Assembly: GCA_965140585.1 (NCBI GenBank)
Contig: OZ223267.1
Location: 192,001-256,000, forward strand
Source: Spirochaetia bacterium
GTDB taxonomy: Bacteria > Spirochaetota > Spirochaetia > UBA9216
Direction of reading: 5' to 3'
DNA: 64,000 bases
Shown here: positions 19,065 through 28,719 of the stretch, in pieces
How the letters are laid out: each line of letters opens with the position of its first letter
Position numbering within the stretch: position 1 is the first letter of the stretch
The notes under the pieces: model-generated
The model's database searches: none
Told to the model about the DNA's origin: nothing
What the model saw: the letters and a program-made list of their open reading frames with translations, nothing else
Program-made: the position numbers and the translations under genes

Positions 19065-20033
19065 ATGAACAAAGGCTACATCCTAAGGAAGATTTTTCAA
19101 TCTCTGATAACCGTACTGGCTGTTCTGATAATAAATTATTTTCTATTCAGGGTAATCCCGGGGGATCCTATGCAGATGGTAATGAGGAATCCCAAGGCTT
19201 CACCTGAATCGATTGCTCATATCAGAAGCCTGTTCGGGCTTGATAAACCATGGTATACCCAGTTCGGAATTTATATCAGTCAGCTGTTTAAAGGGGATAT
19301 GGGTCTTTCCTTTACATTTAAAAAACCCGTTGTGGAAGTGATAGGGGCAAGGGTATTCCCGACTGTTCTTCTTGTTGGTGTTGCAGAAATTATTGCAATC
19401 ATTGTGGGAACTCTGATTGGAATAATATCGGCATGGAAGAGGGGAAAGAAAATAGATGTTATCGCTCTGAGTTTTTCACTTATTACCTATTCAATGCCGA
19501 CATTCTGGCTTGGAATTGTTCTGGTTGTAATTTTCAGTGTTCAGCTTGGTATTTTCCCGACAACCGGAATGGTAACTCCCGGAATGAGTTTCTACAGCTT
19601 TTTTGACAGGTTTTTTAATATAGGCTGGCATTCCGTCCTTCCGGTTCTTACCTTCTCACTGGTGATGATAGGTGAGTATACAATGATAATGCGGAATACT
19701 CTGATGGAAGTTCTTACCGAAGATTATATAACCACGGCGAGGGCTAAGGGATTTAAGGAAAAGTATGTAATTATGAAGCATGCTGTACCTAATGCCCTGC
19801 TGCCTATGACTACAATAATCGCTATAAACCTGGGCCTTGTAATAGGCGGAGCAATTCAGGTTGAAACAATCTTCTCCTGGCCGGGGCTTGGAAGACTCAT
19901 GTATGAGGCCCTGATAAACAGGGATTATCCTCTGCTCCAGGGAATTTTCATGCTGGTAAGCATCGCAGTAATCGGCGCAAACCTCATCGCTGATATTCTC
20001 TACAGTTATCTTGATCCGAGGGTAAAGGGATGA
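19065..20033 (+). CDS. peptide ABC permease (DppB/OppB-like)
   Basis: EDYITTARAKG EAA motif, ETIFSWPGLG, LDPRV. Confidence 0.95.
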   Translation: MNKGYILRKIFQSLITVLAVLIINYFLFRVIPGDPMQMVMRNPKASPESIAHIRSLFGLDKPWYTQFGIYISQLFKGDMGLSFTFKKPVVEVIGARVFPTVLLVGVAEIIAIIVGTLIGIISAWKRGKKIDVIALSFSLITYSMPTFWLGIVLVVIFSVQLGIFPTTGMVTPGMSFYSFFDRFFNIGWHSVLPVLTFSLVMIGEYTMIMRNTLMEVLTEDYITTARAKGFKEKYVIMKHAVPNALLPMTTIIAINLGLVIGGAIQVETIFSWPGLGRLMYEALINRDYPLLQGIFMLVSIAVIGANLIADILYSYLDPRVKG

Positions 20034-20926
20034 TGGTTGATACAAATAAGTTAAATGACAGTGGTGTTGGTATTAAAAACAGGAATAAAGACCTTCTTGA
20101 TGCCTTTTTGCAGAACCGGATGGGAATGGCAGGATTTATCATGTTTTCGTTTTTTCTGTTGATTGCTATTTTTGGACCTCTTTTTCTTCCCTACGATCCG
20201 CTTGAGTTCGGCAACGGTACCGATGTTTTTGCCGCTCCGAGTCTTGAGCATCCGCTTGGACTTGATGATATGGGAAGGGATGTAATGAGAGCTCTCATTT
20301 CCGGATCCCGGGTTTCCCTTCTGGTAGGGGTTCTTGCCACGGTTATCTCAATGATGCTCGGTACGGTAATAGGAATTGTTTCCGGATATTTCGGCGGCAA
20401 AACCGACATGCTCCTTATGCGTTTTACCGATATCTTTCTTGTTCTGCCCTGGCTGCCTCTGATGCTTGTAATAGCCGCCATACTGGGCAGTAATATCTGG
20501 AATATTATCTTTGTTATCGGTCTTACAAGCTGGTCGGGAACTGCAAGAGTAGTGCGTGCCCAGACCCTTACCGTAAAGGAGAATCAGTATGTTGAAAGGG
20601 CCAGGGCTATAGGAGCCCGACATCTACATATAATGTTCAAGCATATAATGCCGAATGTTTTCCCGCTTGTATTTGCAAATACAATACTGATTGCAGCAGT
20701 AGCTATTATATCCGAGACAACACTAAGCTTTCTCGGCATGGGAGATACACTTCGCCCAAGCTGGGGAATGATGCTTCATTTTGCGTTTGAGTCAGGGGCT
20801 TCCAGTGCCGGCGCTTTCTGGTTTCTTATTCCACCGGGAATATGCGTAATTCTTGTTGTTCTTTCGTTTACATTCCTCGGATACGCTTTTGATGAAATAC
20901 TGAATCCCAAACTGAGGCGCAGGTAG
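20030..20926 (+). CDS. peptide ABC permease (DppC/OppC-like)
   Basis: HPLGLDDMGRD, YVERARAIGA, LSFLGMG, PSWG. Confidence 0.95.
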   Translation: MMVDTNKLNDSGVGIKNRNKDLLDAFLQNRMGMAGFIMFSFFLLIAIFGPLFLPYDPLEFGNGTDVFAAPSLEHPLGLDDMGRDVMRALISGSRVSLLVGVLATVISMMLGTVIGIVSGYFGGKTDMLLMRFTDIFLVLPWLPLMLVIAAILGSNIWNIIFVIGLTSWSGTARVVRAQTLTVKENQYVERARAIGARHLHIMFKHIMPNVFPLVFANTILIAAVAIISETTLSFLGMGDTLRPSWGMMLHFAFESGASSAGAFWFLIPPGICVILVVLSFTFLGYAFDEILNPKLRRR

Positions 20927-20930
20927 ATAC

Positions 20931-21896
20931 ATGGAATTACTTGAAATAAATAATCTTGTTACAAATTTTACTATAAAGGCCGGCCTGGTTCAGGCTGTAA
21001 ACGGCGTCAGCTTCAGTCTCGGAAAGGGAGAAACCCTTGGCGTAGTCGGAGAATCCGGTTGCGGTAAATCAACACTTGCGCTTTCGATTGCGAGGCTTCT
21101 TCCCAGGGAGGGAGAATCCACCGGAGGCGAGGTGATTCTTGACGGTACAGACCTGCTGAAACTTTCTGAAGAGGAGCTCAGGCAGAGAAGGTGGAAGGAT
21201 TTTTCTATAGTATTTCAGGGTGCGATGAATGCTCTTAATCCGGTAATGAAGGTTGGAGAACAGATAGCCGAGGTTATAATGCTTCATGAAAAATATACTC
21301 CGAAGGCCGCAAAGGAAAAGGTCATTGAGCTTTTTGAACTTGTGGAAATAGACAAGGCAAGGGTTAACAACTATCCGCATGAATTCAGCGGCGGTATGAA
21401 GCAGCGGGTAATGATTGCAATGGCACTCGCATGTTCCCCAAAACTTCTCATTGGTGATGAACCGACCACCGGTCTTGATGTAATTGTCCAGGCGCAGATA
21501 CTCGATCTGCTTCGAAGGCTGTGCAGTTCAAAAGATATGGCTTTGATTCTTATTACACATGATCTTTCTATTCTTTCAGAGATTGCTGACAAGGTTGCCG
21601 TAATGTATGCTGGAAACATCGTTGAAATAGGAAAAACCGAAGATGTTCTGCAGAAGAGCGCTCACCCGTACACCATTAAGCTGGCTGAATCGTTTCCTGA
21701 TGTTAACGGAAAACGGGAAATGGTTTCATCAATACCCGGTACCCCTCCGAATCTTATTAATCCGCCCTCCGGATGCAGGTTTCATCCCAGATGCGATTCT
21801 GCCTGCGATGTTTGCAGATCTGAGGTACCGGAATATCAGGATCTTGGAAACGGCCACTTTGTTGCCTGCCACAGCGGGTCAGGAGTTTTAAAATGA
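20931..21896 (+). CDS. peptide ABC ATPase (DppD/OppD-like)
   Basis: GESGCGKS, FSGGMKQR, DEPTT, C-terminal Cys oligo_HPY domain. Confidence 0.95.
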   Translation: MELLEINNLVTNFTIKAGLVQAVNGVSFSLGKGETLGVVGESGCGKSTLALSIARLLPREGESTGGEVILDGTDLLKLSEEELRQRRWKDFSIVFQGAMNALNPVMKVGEQIAEVIMLHEKYTPKAAKEKVIELFELVEIDKARVNNYPHEFSGGMKQRVMIAMALACSPKLLIGDEPTTGLDVIVQAQILDLLRRLCSSKDMALILITHDLSILSEIADKVAVMYAGNIVEIGKTEDVLQKSAHPYTIKLAESFPDVNGKREMVSSIPGTPPNLINPPSGCRFHPRCDSACDVCRSEVPEYQDLGNGHFVACHSGSGVLK

Positions 21897-22897
21897 GTGC
21901 TGTAATTGAAGCTAAGGATCTTAAGATTCATTTTGATATACGGAAGAGTTTTTTCGAAGAAGTTATAAAAAACAATAAAAGCCGGGTGAAAGCGGTAGAC
22001 GGAATCAACCTTGAAATAAAAAAGGGTGAGATTGTCTCGCTGGTAGGTGAGAGCGGAAGCGGTAAAACTACACTTGGAAAGGCCTTGCTTTCGCTGGTTC
22101 CTAAAACAGACGGGACAATCCTTTTTGACGGGAATGAGATTCACGCCAAAAAAGGCCGGGAACTCTCACTTTTTAGACAGAAAGCTCAGATAATCTACCA
22201 GGACCCGTATAAGTCTCTTAACCCGAGGTATCTGATTCAGGATATAGTAGCTGAGCCGCTGGTTGTAAACAGGCTGGTAAAAACGGCTGCTGAACAGCGT
22301 GAAAGGGTTATAGAAGCCCTCACCTGGGCCGGACTCACACCGGCAGAAGATTATCTTCACAGGTTTCCGCATGAACTTAGCGGTGGACAGAGGCAGCGTG
22401 TTGCTATTGCCACCACGCTGATCATGAAACCGGAATTCATTGTTGCTGATGAACCTGTTTCTATGCTGGATGTGTCAATAAGGGCGGATATTCTGAAATT
22501 GATGGTAGGTCTTCGTGACCGCATGGGGATTTCATATCTGTTTATCACGCACGACCTGTCCCTGGCCTGGCTGATATCGGATCGGATTGCAATTATGTAT
22601 CTTGGAAAGATTGTGGAGATAGGTCCGCCAGCACTTATTGTGGGTGATTCGCTTCATCCCTATACAAGGGCACTCATTGATGTAATGCCCCATGTTAAAT
22701 CCTCAGGTAAGAGAAAAAAATCGATCCTGAAAGGTGAAACTCCAAATCCAATAAACCTTCCGTCCGGCTGCAGGTTCCATCCAAGATGCCCGGTTGCACA
22801 GGATATCTGCAGGACTCAGGAACCTGCTCTGCGAAAGATGAAGGATAATCATTTTGTCTCATGCCACCTTGCAGAATCTTTTGCGGCGGAGGGCTGA
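21893..22897 (+). CDS. peptide ABC ATPase (DppF/OppF-like)
   Basis: GESGSGKT, LSGGQRQR, DEPVSMLD, GCRFHPRCP. Confidence 0.95.
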   Translation: MSAVIEAKDLKIHFDIRKSFFEEVIKNNKSRVKAVDGINLEIKKGEIVSLVGESGSGKTTLGKALLSLVPKTDGTILFDGNEIHAKKGRELSLFRQKAQIIYQDPYKSLNPRYLIQDIVAEPLVVNRLVKTAAEQRERVIEALTWAGLTPAEDYLHRFPHELSGGQRQRVAIATTLIMKPEFIVADEPVSMLDVSIRADILKLMVGLRDRMGISYLFITHDLSLAWLISDRIAIMYLGKIVEIGPPALIVGDSLHPYTRALIDVMPHVKSSGKRKKSILKGETPNPINLPSGCRFHPRCPVAQDICRTQEPALRKMKDNHFVSCHLAESFAAEG

Positions 22898-22898
22898 A

Positions 22899-24071
22899 AT
22901 GGCAGGTTTGAAAGAGATTACAAATGCCGTTGAGAAATACAGGCTGGAACTTGTCGAGATGGCCGGAACCATTCACCATAATCCGGAAATCGGCGGCAAT
23001 GAGTTTATTGCCATGGAGGCAATCTGCGGTTTCCTTGAAAGGCACGGCTTCGATGATGTTCAGCGGGGTGTCGGAGAGCTGAAAACAGCATTCACAGCTG
23101 TATGTAAGGTTAACGGCGGAGGCGGACTGCGGATCGGTTTCTGTGCCGAATATGATGCCCTGCCCGAAATAGGTCATGCCTGCGGGCATAACCTGATAGG
23201 CGGCGCCAGTGTTGCCGCCGCTGTGGCCCTTGCAGAGTGCGGTGCTGATGTTCCGTTTGAGGTTGTTCTGATAGGGACTCCGGATGAAGAGATAAGCGGC
23301 GGTAAGGTCGATTTGATAAAACTTGGTATATTTGATGATATCGATGCCGCCATGATGTTTCATTCCGGCTACGGTACTTCAATTCATACCGAGTCACTTG
23401 CATGCAAAACCTGGCTGTTCGGCTACAGGGGTAGAAACGCACATGCAGCATCCGAGCCGGAAAAGGGCAGAAATGCACTGGACGGTGTAATGCTTACTTT
23501 TACCAACATTAATTACCTGAGGCAGTATCTTAGAGAGGATACGCGCATTCACGGAATAATCAAGGAAGGCGGAAAAGCCAGCAACGTAGTTCCTGATTAC
23601 GCGGTTGCCGAAATATGTATCCGTTCGAAGGACAATGATTACCTTGCATATATTGAAGAGCGCGTCATGGACTGTGCGAAAGCCGGTGCTCTCGCATCGG
23701 GGACAGAGCTTGAAGTGACCCTTTACGGCAATCCATATGATGCAATGGAAAGCAATACCGTTATGGAAGGCCTTTTCAGTGAGAGTCTTGATGAAATTGC
23801 TTATGTTGATATAGCAAGGCATACCGAAAAAACCGGTTCAATAGATATGGGAAATGTGAGCAGGGTAGTGCCTGCGATTCATCCTGTGATTTCGATTTCT
23901 GAGGATGTAGTCATAGGCCATACCCGTGAATATGCGGCTTTATGCGACACACAGAAGGCGTACAATATTATGCTTGAAGTCGGTAAGGCCCTTGCTATGA
24001 CCGGTTATAAAATTATCACAACTCCCGGAATAATTGAGCAGATAAAATCAGAGTTCATCAGCAAGGGCTGA
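22899..24071 (+). CDS. M20D amidohydrolase/dipeptidase (ACY1L2/PM20D2/HmrA-like)
   Basis: HHNPEIG, EYDALP, GHACGHNLI, GTPDEE, MFH, GSIDMGNVS; ATG after GGAGG. Confidence 0.9.
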   Translation: MAGLKEITNAVEKYRLELVEMAGTIHHNPEIGGNEFIAMEAICGFLERHGFDDVQRGVGELKTAFTAVCKVNGGGGLRIGFCAEYDALPEIGHACGHNLIGGASVAAAVALAECGADVPFEVVLIGTPDEEISGGKVDLIKLGIFDDIDAAMMFHSGYGTSIHTESLACKTWLFGYRGRNAHAASEPEKGRNALDGVMLTFTNINYLRQYLREDTRIHGIIKEGGKASNVVPDYAVAEICIRSKDNDYLAYIEERVMDCAKAGALASGTELEVTLYGNPYDAMESNTVMEGLFSESLDEIAYVDIARHTEKTGSIDMGNVSRVVPAIHPVISISEDVVIGHTREYAALCDTQKAYNIMLEVGKALAMTGYKIITTPGIIEQIKSEFISKG

Positions 24072-24111
24072 GCTTTTTAGCTGAATGCCTAAGCCTTTAT
24101 GAAGATAAAAA

Positions 24112-24130
24112 TCCGGGCATTCCGCCCGGA
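24112..24130. terminator. probable bidirectional terminator between convergent genes
   Basis: TCCGGGC-ATTCC-GCCCGGA flanked by A/T tracts. Confidence 0.65.
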
Positions 24131-24135
24131 ATATT

Positions 24136-25368
24136 TCAGATAATATCAACAGCCTCCCGGATTACTTTGACAGTATATTCCAGCTCTTCCTGAGTATGCC
24201 GGTAGCAGATGTATCCATGATGGTAAGGCTGCTGGAATACTCCGTTTCTTATCAGATAGGTATAGAAGTCGTTTCTGCGTTTTTTATATGCGGGATCAAT
24301 GTCCTTATTGAATGTGATGAATGACATGGGCGGAATGCCTGAGAGTTCAATGCCCTTTCCGGAATTTTCAAGTATCCGGTTTACCTCATTCATATACCAG
24401 GTACCCTTTTCCCAAATTCTATCGAGGATGCTGTCACGTTCAAGGATCTCGATAGTTTTTAACGCGGCAACATAGCCAAGACTGTTCGGGAAATAAGTGG
24501 AAGAGATAAAAACATCCGATTCCCCCTTTTTCATAATTTCAGATTTGCCGGTAACAGCGGCGATGGAATAGCCGTTTGCCATGGCCTTTCCGAATACAGC
24601 CATATCAGGAGTTACTCCGTAGTATTTCTGGGCTCCTCCTATACTGACTCTGAAGCCAGAGCGAACTTCATCAAAGATAAGAACCGCTCCGTATTTCCGG
24701 GCCAGTTCCTGCACGCCTTCAAGGAAGCCCTCTGCCGGTTCCTCCATATTATGTGCCAGCGGATGCCCCACTGGAGTAACTATTATAGCGGCTGTCTGAT
24801 CTCCTTGAGTTTTCATCAGATCTTCCAGGCCCTGCAGGTCGTTGTAGTGAAACTCAAATACATCCTCGTACAGTTTTGCCGGAATTCCGCCCTTCACCTC
24901 TACACACCAGTCATGCCAGCCGTGGTAACCGCAGCGCATTATCTTGTCTCTGCCGGTATAGCTTCTTGCAAGCCTCACTGCTGTTGTGGTTGCATCGGAA
25001 CCGGTTTTAACGAAGAGGCTCATCTCGGAACATGGAATTATTTCGCTGAGTTTTTCGGCAAGTTCATTCTGGTAGGACTGAGTCAGGGAAAAGCAGAACC
25101 CCTTGTCGCGTATCTGTTTTATTACAGCCTCATCAACCTCCGGTTCTCTGTACCCCAGGATGATAGGGCCGTAGGCGCACAGGTAGTCTATATATTCGTT
25201 TCCGTCGATATCGGTGATTTTACCGCCCTTTCCCTCCTCGATAAAAACAGGATATTCTCCGTCCACGAAGTTATAGGGTCTTCTTATTCCGAGAACTCCT
25301 CCGGGAATCAGTTTTTTTGCTCTTTCAAGTTCTTTGAATGATTGGGTCAGTTTTTTTTCAGGAACCAT
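24136..25368 (-). CDS. kat: 3-aminobutyryl-CoA aminotransferase (class III PLP)
   Basis: PGGVLGIRRPYNFV, YGPIILGYRE, GYHGWHDWCVEVKGGIP, FGKAMANG, QPYHHGYICYRH match my recollection of Cloacimonas Kat; adjacent to kam genes, kal absent. Confidence 0.88.
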   Translation of the reverse strand: MVPEKKLTQSFKELERAKKLIPGGVLGIRRPYNFVDGEYPVFIEEGKGGKITDIDGNEYIDYLCAYGPIILGYREPEVDEAVIKQIRDKGFCFSLTQSYQNELAEKLSEIIPCSEMSLFVKTGSDATTTAVRLARSYTGRDKIMRCGYHGWHDWCVEVKGGIPAKLYEDVFEFHYNDLQGLEDLMKTQGDQTAAIIVTPVGHPLAHNMEEPAEGFLEGVQELARKYGAVLIFDEVRSGFRVSIGGAQKYYGVTPDMAVFGKAMANGYSIAAVTGKSEIMKKGESDVFISSTYFPNSLGYVAALKTIEILERDSILDRIWEKGTWYMNEVNRILENSGKGIELSGIPPMSFITFNKDIDPAYKKRRNDFYTYLIRNGVFQQPYHHGYICYRHTQEELEYTVKVIREAVDII

Positions 25369-25404
25369 TATTTTTACCTCTGAATTAAATTGTACAAAAA
25401 GGAA

Positions 25405-25421
25405 TGCAGGAACTGTGCCAG
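25405..25421 (-). promoter_or_regulatory. sigma54 -24/-12 promoter of kat
   Basis: minus strand CTGGCACAGTTCCTGCA (GG-N10-GC). Confidence 0.85.
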
Positions 25422-25535
25422 AAACAGGGCTGAATTTGACAGGTTCAATCCGGGAAAAGGCTTATTTTTGGTTAAAAAGTTTGATTTTGTCTATAAAAGT
25501 CAATCAGGCTGGGCTTCTGGCAGTAAAAAAAGGGG

Positions 25536-25557
25536 GCTGATTCATTTATGAATCAGC
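25536..25557. promoter_or_regulatory. perfect palindrome, putative activator UAS for kat
   Basis: GCTGATTCAT-TT-ATGAATCAGC, ~115-135 bp upstream of the -24 element. Confidence 0.7.
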
Positions 25558-26970
25558 TCGTTCGCCGACGCCGTAATACTTCATTTTCCGGACTATAGTA
25601 GACTGGCTTATCTCAAGTGCGGCTGCCATTTTTCTTGTGAACCGGTATTTCTGCCAGGCATTGCTAATAAGCTTTTTTTCTAAGGCTTCAACTGCTTCAG
25701 TCAGCGGCTGTATGTGCACGGATAATCCCTCAGGCTTTATAATAACTTCCTCTTTAATATAATCAGACAGATCCTCCCTGGTTATAAGTTTTCCGGAGGA
25801 GAGAACTGCTATTCTTTCAATTGTATTCTCCAGCTCCCTGGTATTTCCGGGCCAGTCGTAGGATTCAAGCAGAACAAGGGCTTCAGGAGAAAACCGCAGC
25901 TGTTTATTAAATTTGAGATTGAAGACCTCTATGAAATGATTTATCAGCGGGATAATATCATCCCTGCGCTCCCGGAGAGGCGGAATATGAATAGGTACAA
26001 CATTCAGTCTGTAATAGAGATCCTGGCGGAATGTTCCTTCCTGCACCATTTTTTTCAGGTTTTTATTGGTGGCTGATATAATTCGTACATTAATCTTAAT
26101 TGGTTTCCGGCCCCCGATACGGGTAATTTCCTTTTCCTGTATGGCTCTCAGCAGTTTAACCTGCAGGTTCAGACTAATATCACCTATTTCATCGAGAAAG
26201 AGGGTTCCGCCCTCGGCTACCTCAAAAAGTCCCTGCTTTCCGCCGCGATCAGCTCCGGTAAACGAACCTTTTTCGTAGCCGAATAGTTCACTTTCAAGAA
26301 GATTCTCGGGAATAGCGCTGCAGACCGCGGTGATAAGCGGCTTATTCACACTCGTTCCGGCATTATGGATAGCCCGTGAAATTATTTCCTTTCCTACTCC
26401 GGATTCTCCTGTTATGAGGACGGTGGAATCGACTTCACCAAGTCTGAGGGCAAATTTCATAATGTCTTTCATCTGCTGTGATGAAATAATGACGTGCTCC
26501 ATTTTCATCTGCTGAAGCCGGAGATTAAGAACCTCCATACGGTAAAGTTCATTTCTTTTTTCCGTCTGGGCAAGGCGCGTTTCAAGATTTTTAAGATCGG
26601 CCATATCCCGGAGAGTTGTAACAACACGGGTGATATTTCCGCTTTCATCGAAGATAGGCGTACCGGTTAGAATCACTTCCTTCCCGTTGGGGAGGGTTTC
26701 AGCAACGCTTGTAGTTGCTCTGGATTCGAGAACCAGGGTGCTGACTGATTTGTTATACACACCGGTTTCTACAAGCTCATCGACAGTCTTACCGGTAGTT
26801 TCTGATGATTTTATTCCTGTGATGTCTTCGAAGGCTTTATTTGTGCGCAGTGTAATTCCGTTGCCGTCTGTGATATATATGCCGTCTGTCACTGAATCAA
26901 TAATGGTGTCAAGCTCTCTGATAAGCTGCTGCCTGTTGGCAAGTTCAGCTTCAAGTTCTTTGATTTTCAA
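25546..26970 (-). CDS. PAS-domain sigma54-dependent activator (KamR-like)
   Basis: PAS; GESGVGKE, ESELFGYEKGSFTGA (GAFTGA variant), LFLDEIG, WPGNTREL; C-terminal HTH. Confidence 0.93.
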   Translation of the reverse strand: MKIKELEAELANRQQLIRELDTIIDSVTDGIYITDGNGITLRTNKAFEDITGIKSSETTGKTVDELVETGVYNKSVSTLVLESRATTSVAETLPNGKEVILTGTPIFDESGNITRVVTTLRDMADLKNLETRLAQTEKRNELYRMEVLNLRLQQMKMEHVIISSQQMKDIMKFALRLGEVDSTVLITGESGVGKEIISRAIHNAGTSVNKPLITAVCSAIPENLLESELFGYEKGSFTGADRGGKQGLFEVAEGGTLFLDEIGDISLNLQVKLLRAIQEKEITRIGGRKPIKINVRIISATNKNLKKMVQEGTFRQDLYYRLNVVPIHIPPLRERRDDIIPLINHFIEVFNLKFNKQLRFSPEALVLLESYDWPGNTRELENTIERIAVLSSGKLITREDLSDYIKEEVIIKPEGLSVHIQPLTEAVEALEKKLISNAWQKYRFTRKMAAALEISQSTIVRKMKYYGVGERADS

Positions 26971-26996
26971 TTCGGCCTCCGTCTGAATATTAGCAC

Positions 26997-27034
26997 TGAT
27001 TCATAAATAACTCAACTGAACTGAATATGAATCA
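26997..27034. promoter_or_regulatory. two tandem UAS copies upstream of kamD
   Basis: TGATTCAT-AA-ATAACTCA (26997-27014) and TGAACTGA-AT-ATGAATCA (27017-27034). Confidence 0.65.
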
Positions 27035-27094
27035 GCGTTCCTTCTGATTTTGGGTTGAACAACTGAAAAAAGGGTAAATTCAGGCCTTTTTGTG

Positions 27095-27111
27095 CTGGCA
27101 TGCTTCTTGCA
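27095..27111 (+). promoter_or_regulatory. sigma54 -24/-12 promoter of kam operon
   Basis: CTGGCATGCTTCTTGCA (GG-N10-GC). Confidence 0.88.
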
Positions 27112-27156
27112 TTAAAATTTAAAGATAAATAGCAAGTTACCTTCGGAGGTTTCCTT

Positions 27157-28719
27157 TTGGAAGAAAAAATACGAATAGATAAGGATCTACTTGGCAGATG
27201 CAGAGATGCCGCTGTCAGAATTTCCGATAATGTTATGTCGTCCATAACCGGCCGTACCACTACCTCGGTTGAACGAACAATTGCCAGGCTGCTGGGGATA
27301 GACGGTGTGGATGAGCAGGGAATACCGCTGCCCAATGTTCTTGTTGAACAGCTTAAGACGCATGGAAAACTTGATGACGGAATCTTTTACTGGTTAGTAA
27401 ATGCGATGATAGAGACCGGTAAATCACCGCGGGAAATAGCTTTGGCTGTAGGAAAGGGAGAGTATGTAATAACAGACTCAAGGCAATATTCCGACGATGA
27501 AATCCGGCGTACTGCCGGTCCGCTTCTTGAAGAGCGTATTAGTCTTTTTGATGAATCTATTGAGCTGAGGAAAGAGCTTCATTCAAAATATCCTGCAGGG
27601 ATGACGCCTCTTCTGTACGTCATTGTCGCTACTGGCAATATATACGAGGATACAGTGCAGGCTAAAGCCGCCGCAAGGCAGGGGGCTGATATAATTGCAG
27701 TTATCCGTACAACGGCCCAGAGCCTTCTTGATTACGTCCCCTTCGGACCAACAACCGAGGGCTTCGGCGGAACCTATGCTACTCAGGAAAATTTCCGCAT
27801 TATGAGAAAGGCTCTGGATGAGGTCACCGAAGAAACCGGAAGATACATTCACCTTGTTAATTATGCTTCGGGACTCTGCATGCCCGAGATTGCAGTTATG
27901 GGTGCCTTTGAAGGCCTTGATATGATGCTCAACGACGCAATGTATGGAATCCTGTTCCGTGACATCAACATGCAGCGGACATTCATCGATCAGTACTTTT
28001 CAAGGATGATAAATGCCTGCGCAGGGATAATTATAAATACGGGTGAGGACAATTATCTGACTACAGCTGATGCTATTGAAAACGGTCACACTGTTCTTGC
28101 ATCACAGTTTATAAACGAGGAACTTGCCCTGCGCTCGGGGATGCCCAAGCATCTTATAGGACTGGGGCACGCCTTTGAGATTAATCCGGAAAAGGAAGAC
28201 GGCTTTCTGCTTGAAATAGCACAGGCACAGCTTATAAGGCAGATATTTCCGGAATGCCCGATAAAGTATATGCCGCCAACAAAGTATATGACCGGAAATA
28301 TCTTTAAGGGGCATATTATGGACGGGATGTTCAATCTGGCTTCTGTGATGACCGGGCAGAGTATTCAGCTGCTGGGAATGATGACAGAAGCCATTCACAC
28401 TCCCTTTATTCAGGACAGGGCACTCAGTATCCAGAACGCAAAATATATCTTCAACAATGCCAGGCACCTTCATGATGAAATAAGCTACCGTCCCGACGGA
28501 ATTATTCAGTCCAGAGCTGATGAGATTCTCAGACAGACCACCGATATGCTTGAAACAGTTGCGGAGAAGGGGCTGATGAAGGCTATAGAAGATAAAATGT
28601 TTGCCGATATTTCACGGCCCCGTGAAGGCGGTAAGGGTAATGACGGAGTTACAGGCATTAGCGCTAATTACATCAATCCATTTATGGACATCTTCAAAAA
28701 AAGGCTGGGACTGGTATGA
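27157..28719 (+). CDS. kamD: lysine 5,6-aminomutase alpha subunit
   Basis: YVIVATGNIYED, RTTAQSLLDYVP, NYASGLCMPEIA, KYMPPTK. Confidence 0.97.
   Translation: MEEKIRIDKDLLGRCRDAAVRISDNVMSSITGRTTTSVERTIARLLGIDGVDEQGIPLPNVLVEQLKTHGKLDDGIFYWLVNAMIETGKSPREIALAVGKGEYVITDSRQYSDDEIRRTAGPLLEERISLFDESIELRKELHSKYPAGMTPLLYVIVATGNIYEDTVQAKAAARQGADIIAVIRTTAQSLLDYVPFGPTTEGFGGTYATQENFRIMRKALDEVTEETGRYIHLVNYASGLCMPEIAVMGAFEGLDMMLNDAMYGILFRDINMQRTFIDQYFSRMINACAGIIINTGEDNYLTTADAIENGHTVLASQFINEELALRSGMPKHLIGLGHAFEINPEKEDGFLLEIAQAQLIRQIFPECPIKYMPPTKYMTGNIFKGHIMDGMFNLASVMTGQSIQLLGMMTEAIHTPFIQDRALSIQNAKYIFNNARHLHDEISYRPDGIIQSRADEILRQTTDMLETVAEKGLMKAIEDKMFADISRPREGGKGNDGVTGISANYINPFMDIFKKRLGLV

Noticed and set aside
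22695-23822. Long antisense ORFs (also 24751-25341, 31323-31967, 39115-39726)
   Set aside because: Opposite-strand shadows of well-supported genes, no recognisable motifs
24136-25368. Glutamate-1-semialdehyde aminomutase (hemL)
   Set aside because: Lacks HemL PGGVNSPVR motif; has Kat-type GIRRPYNF and kam context
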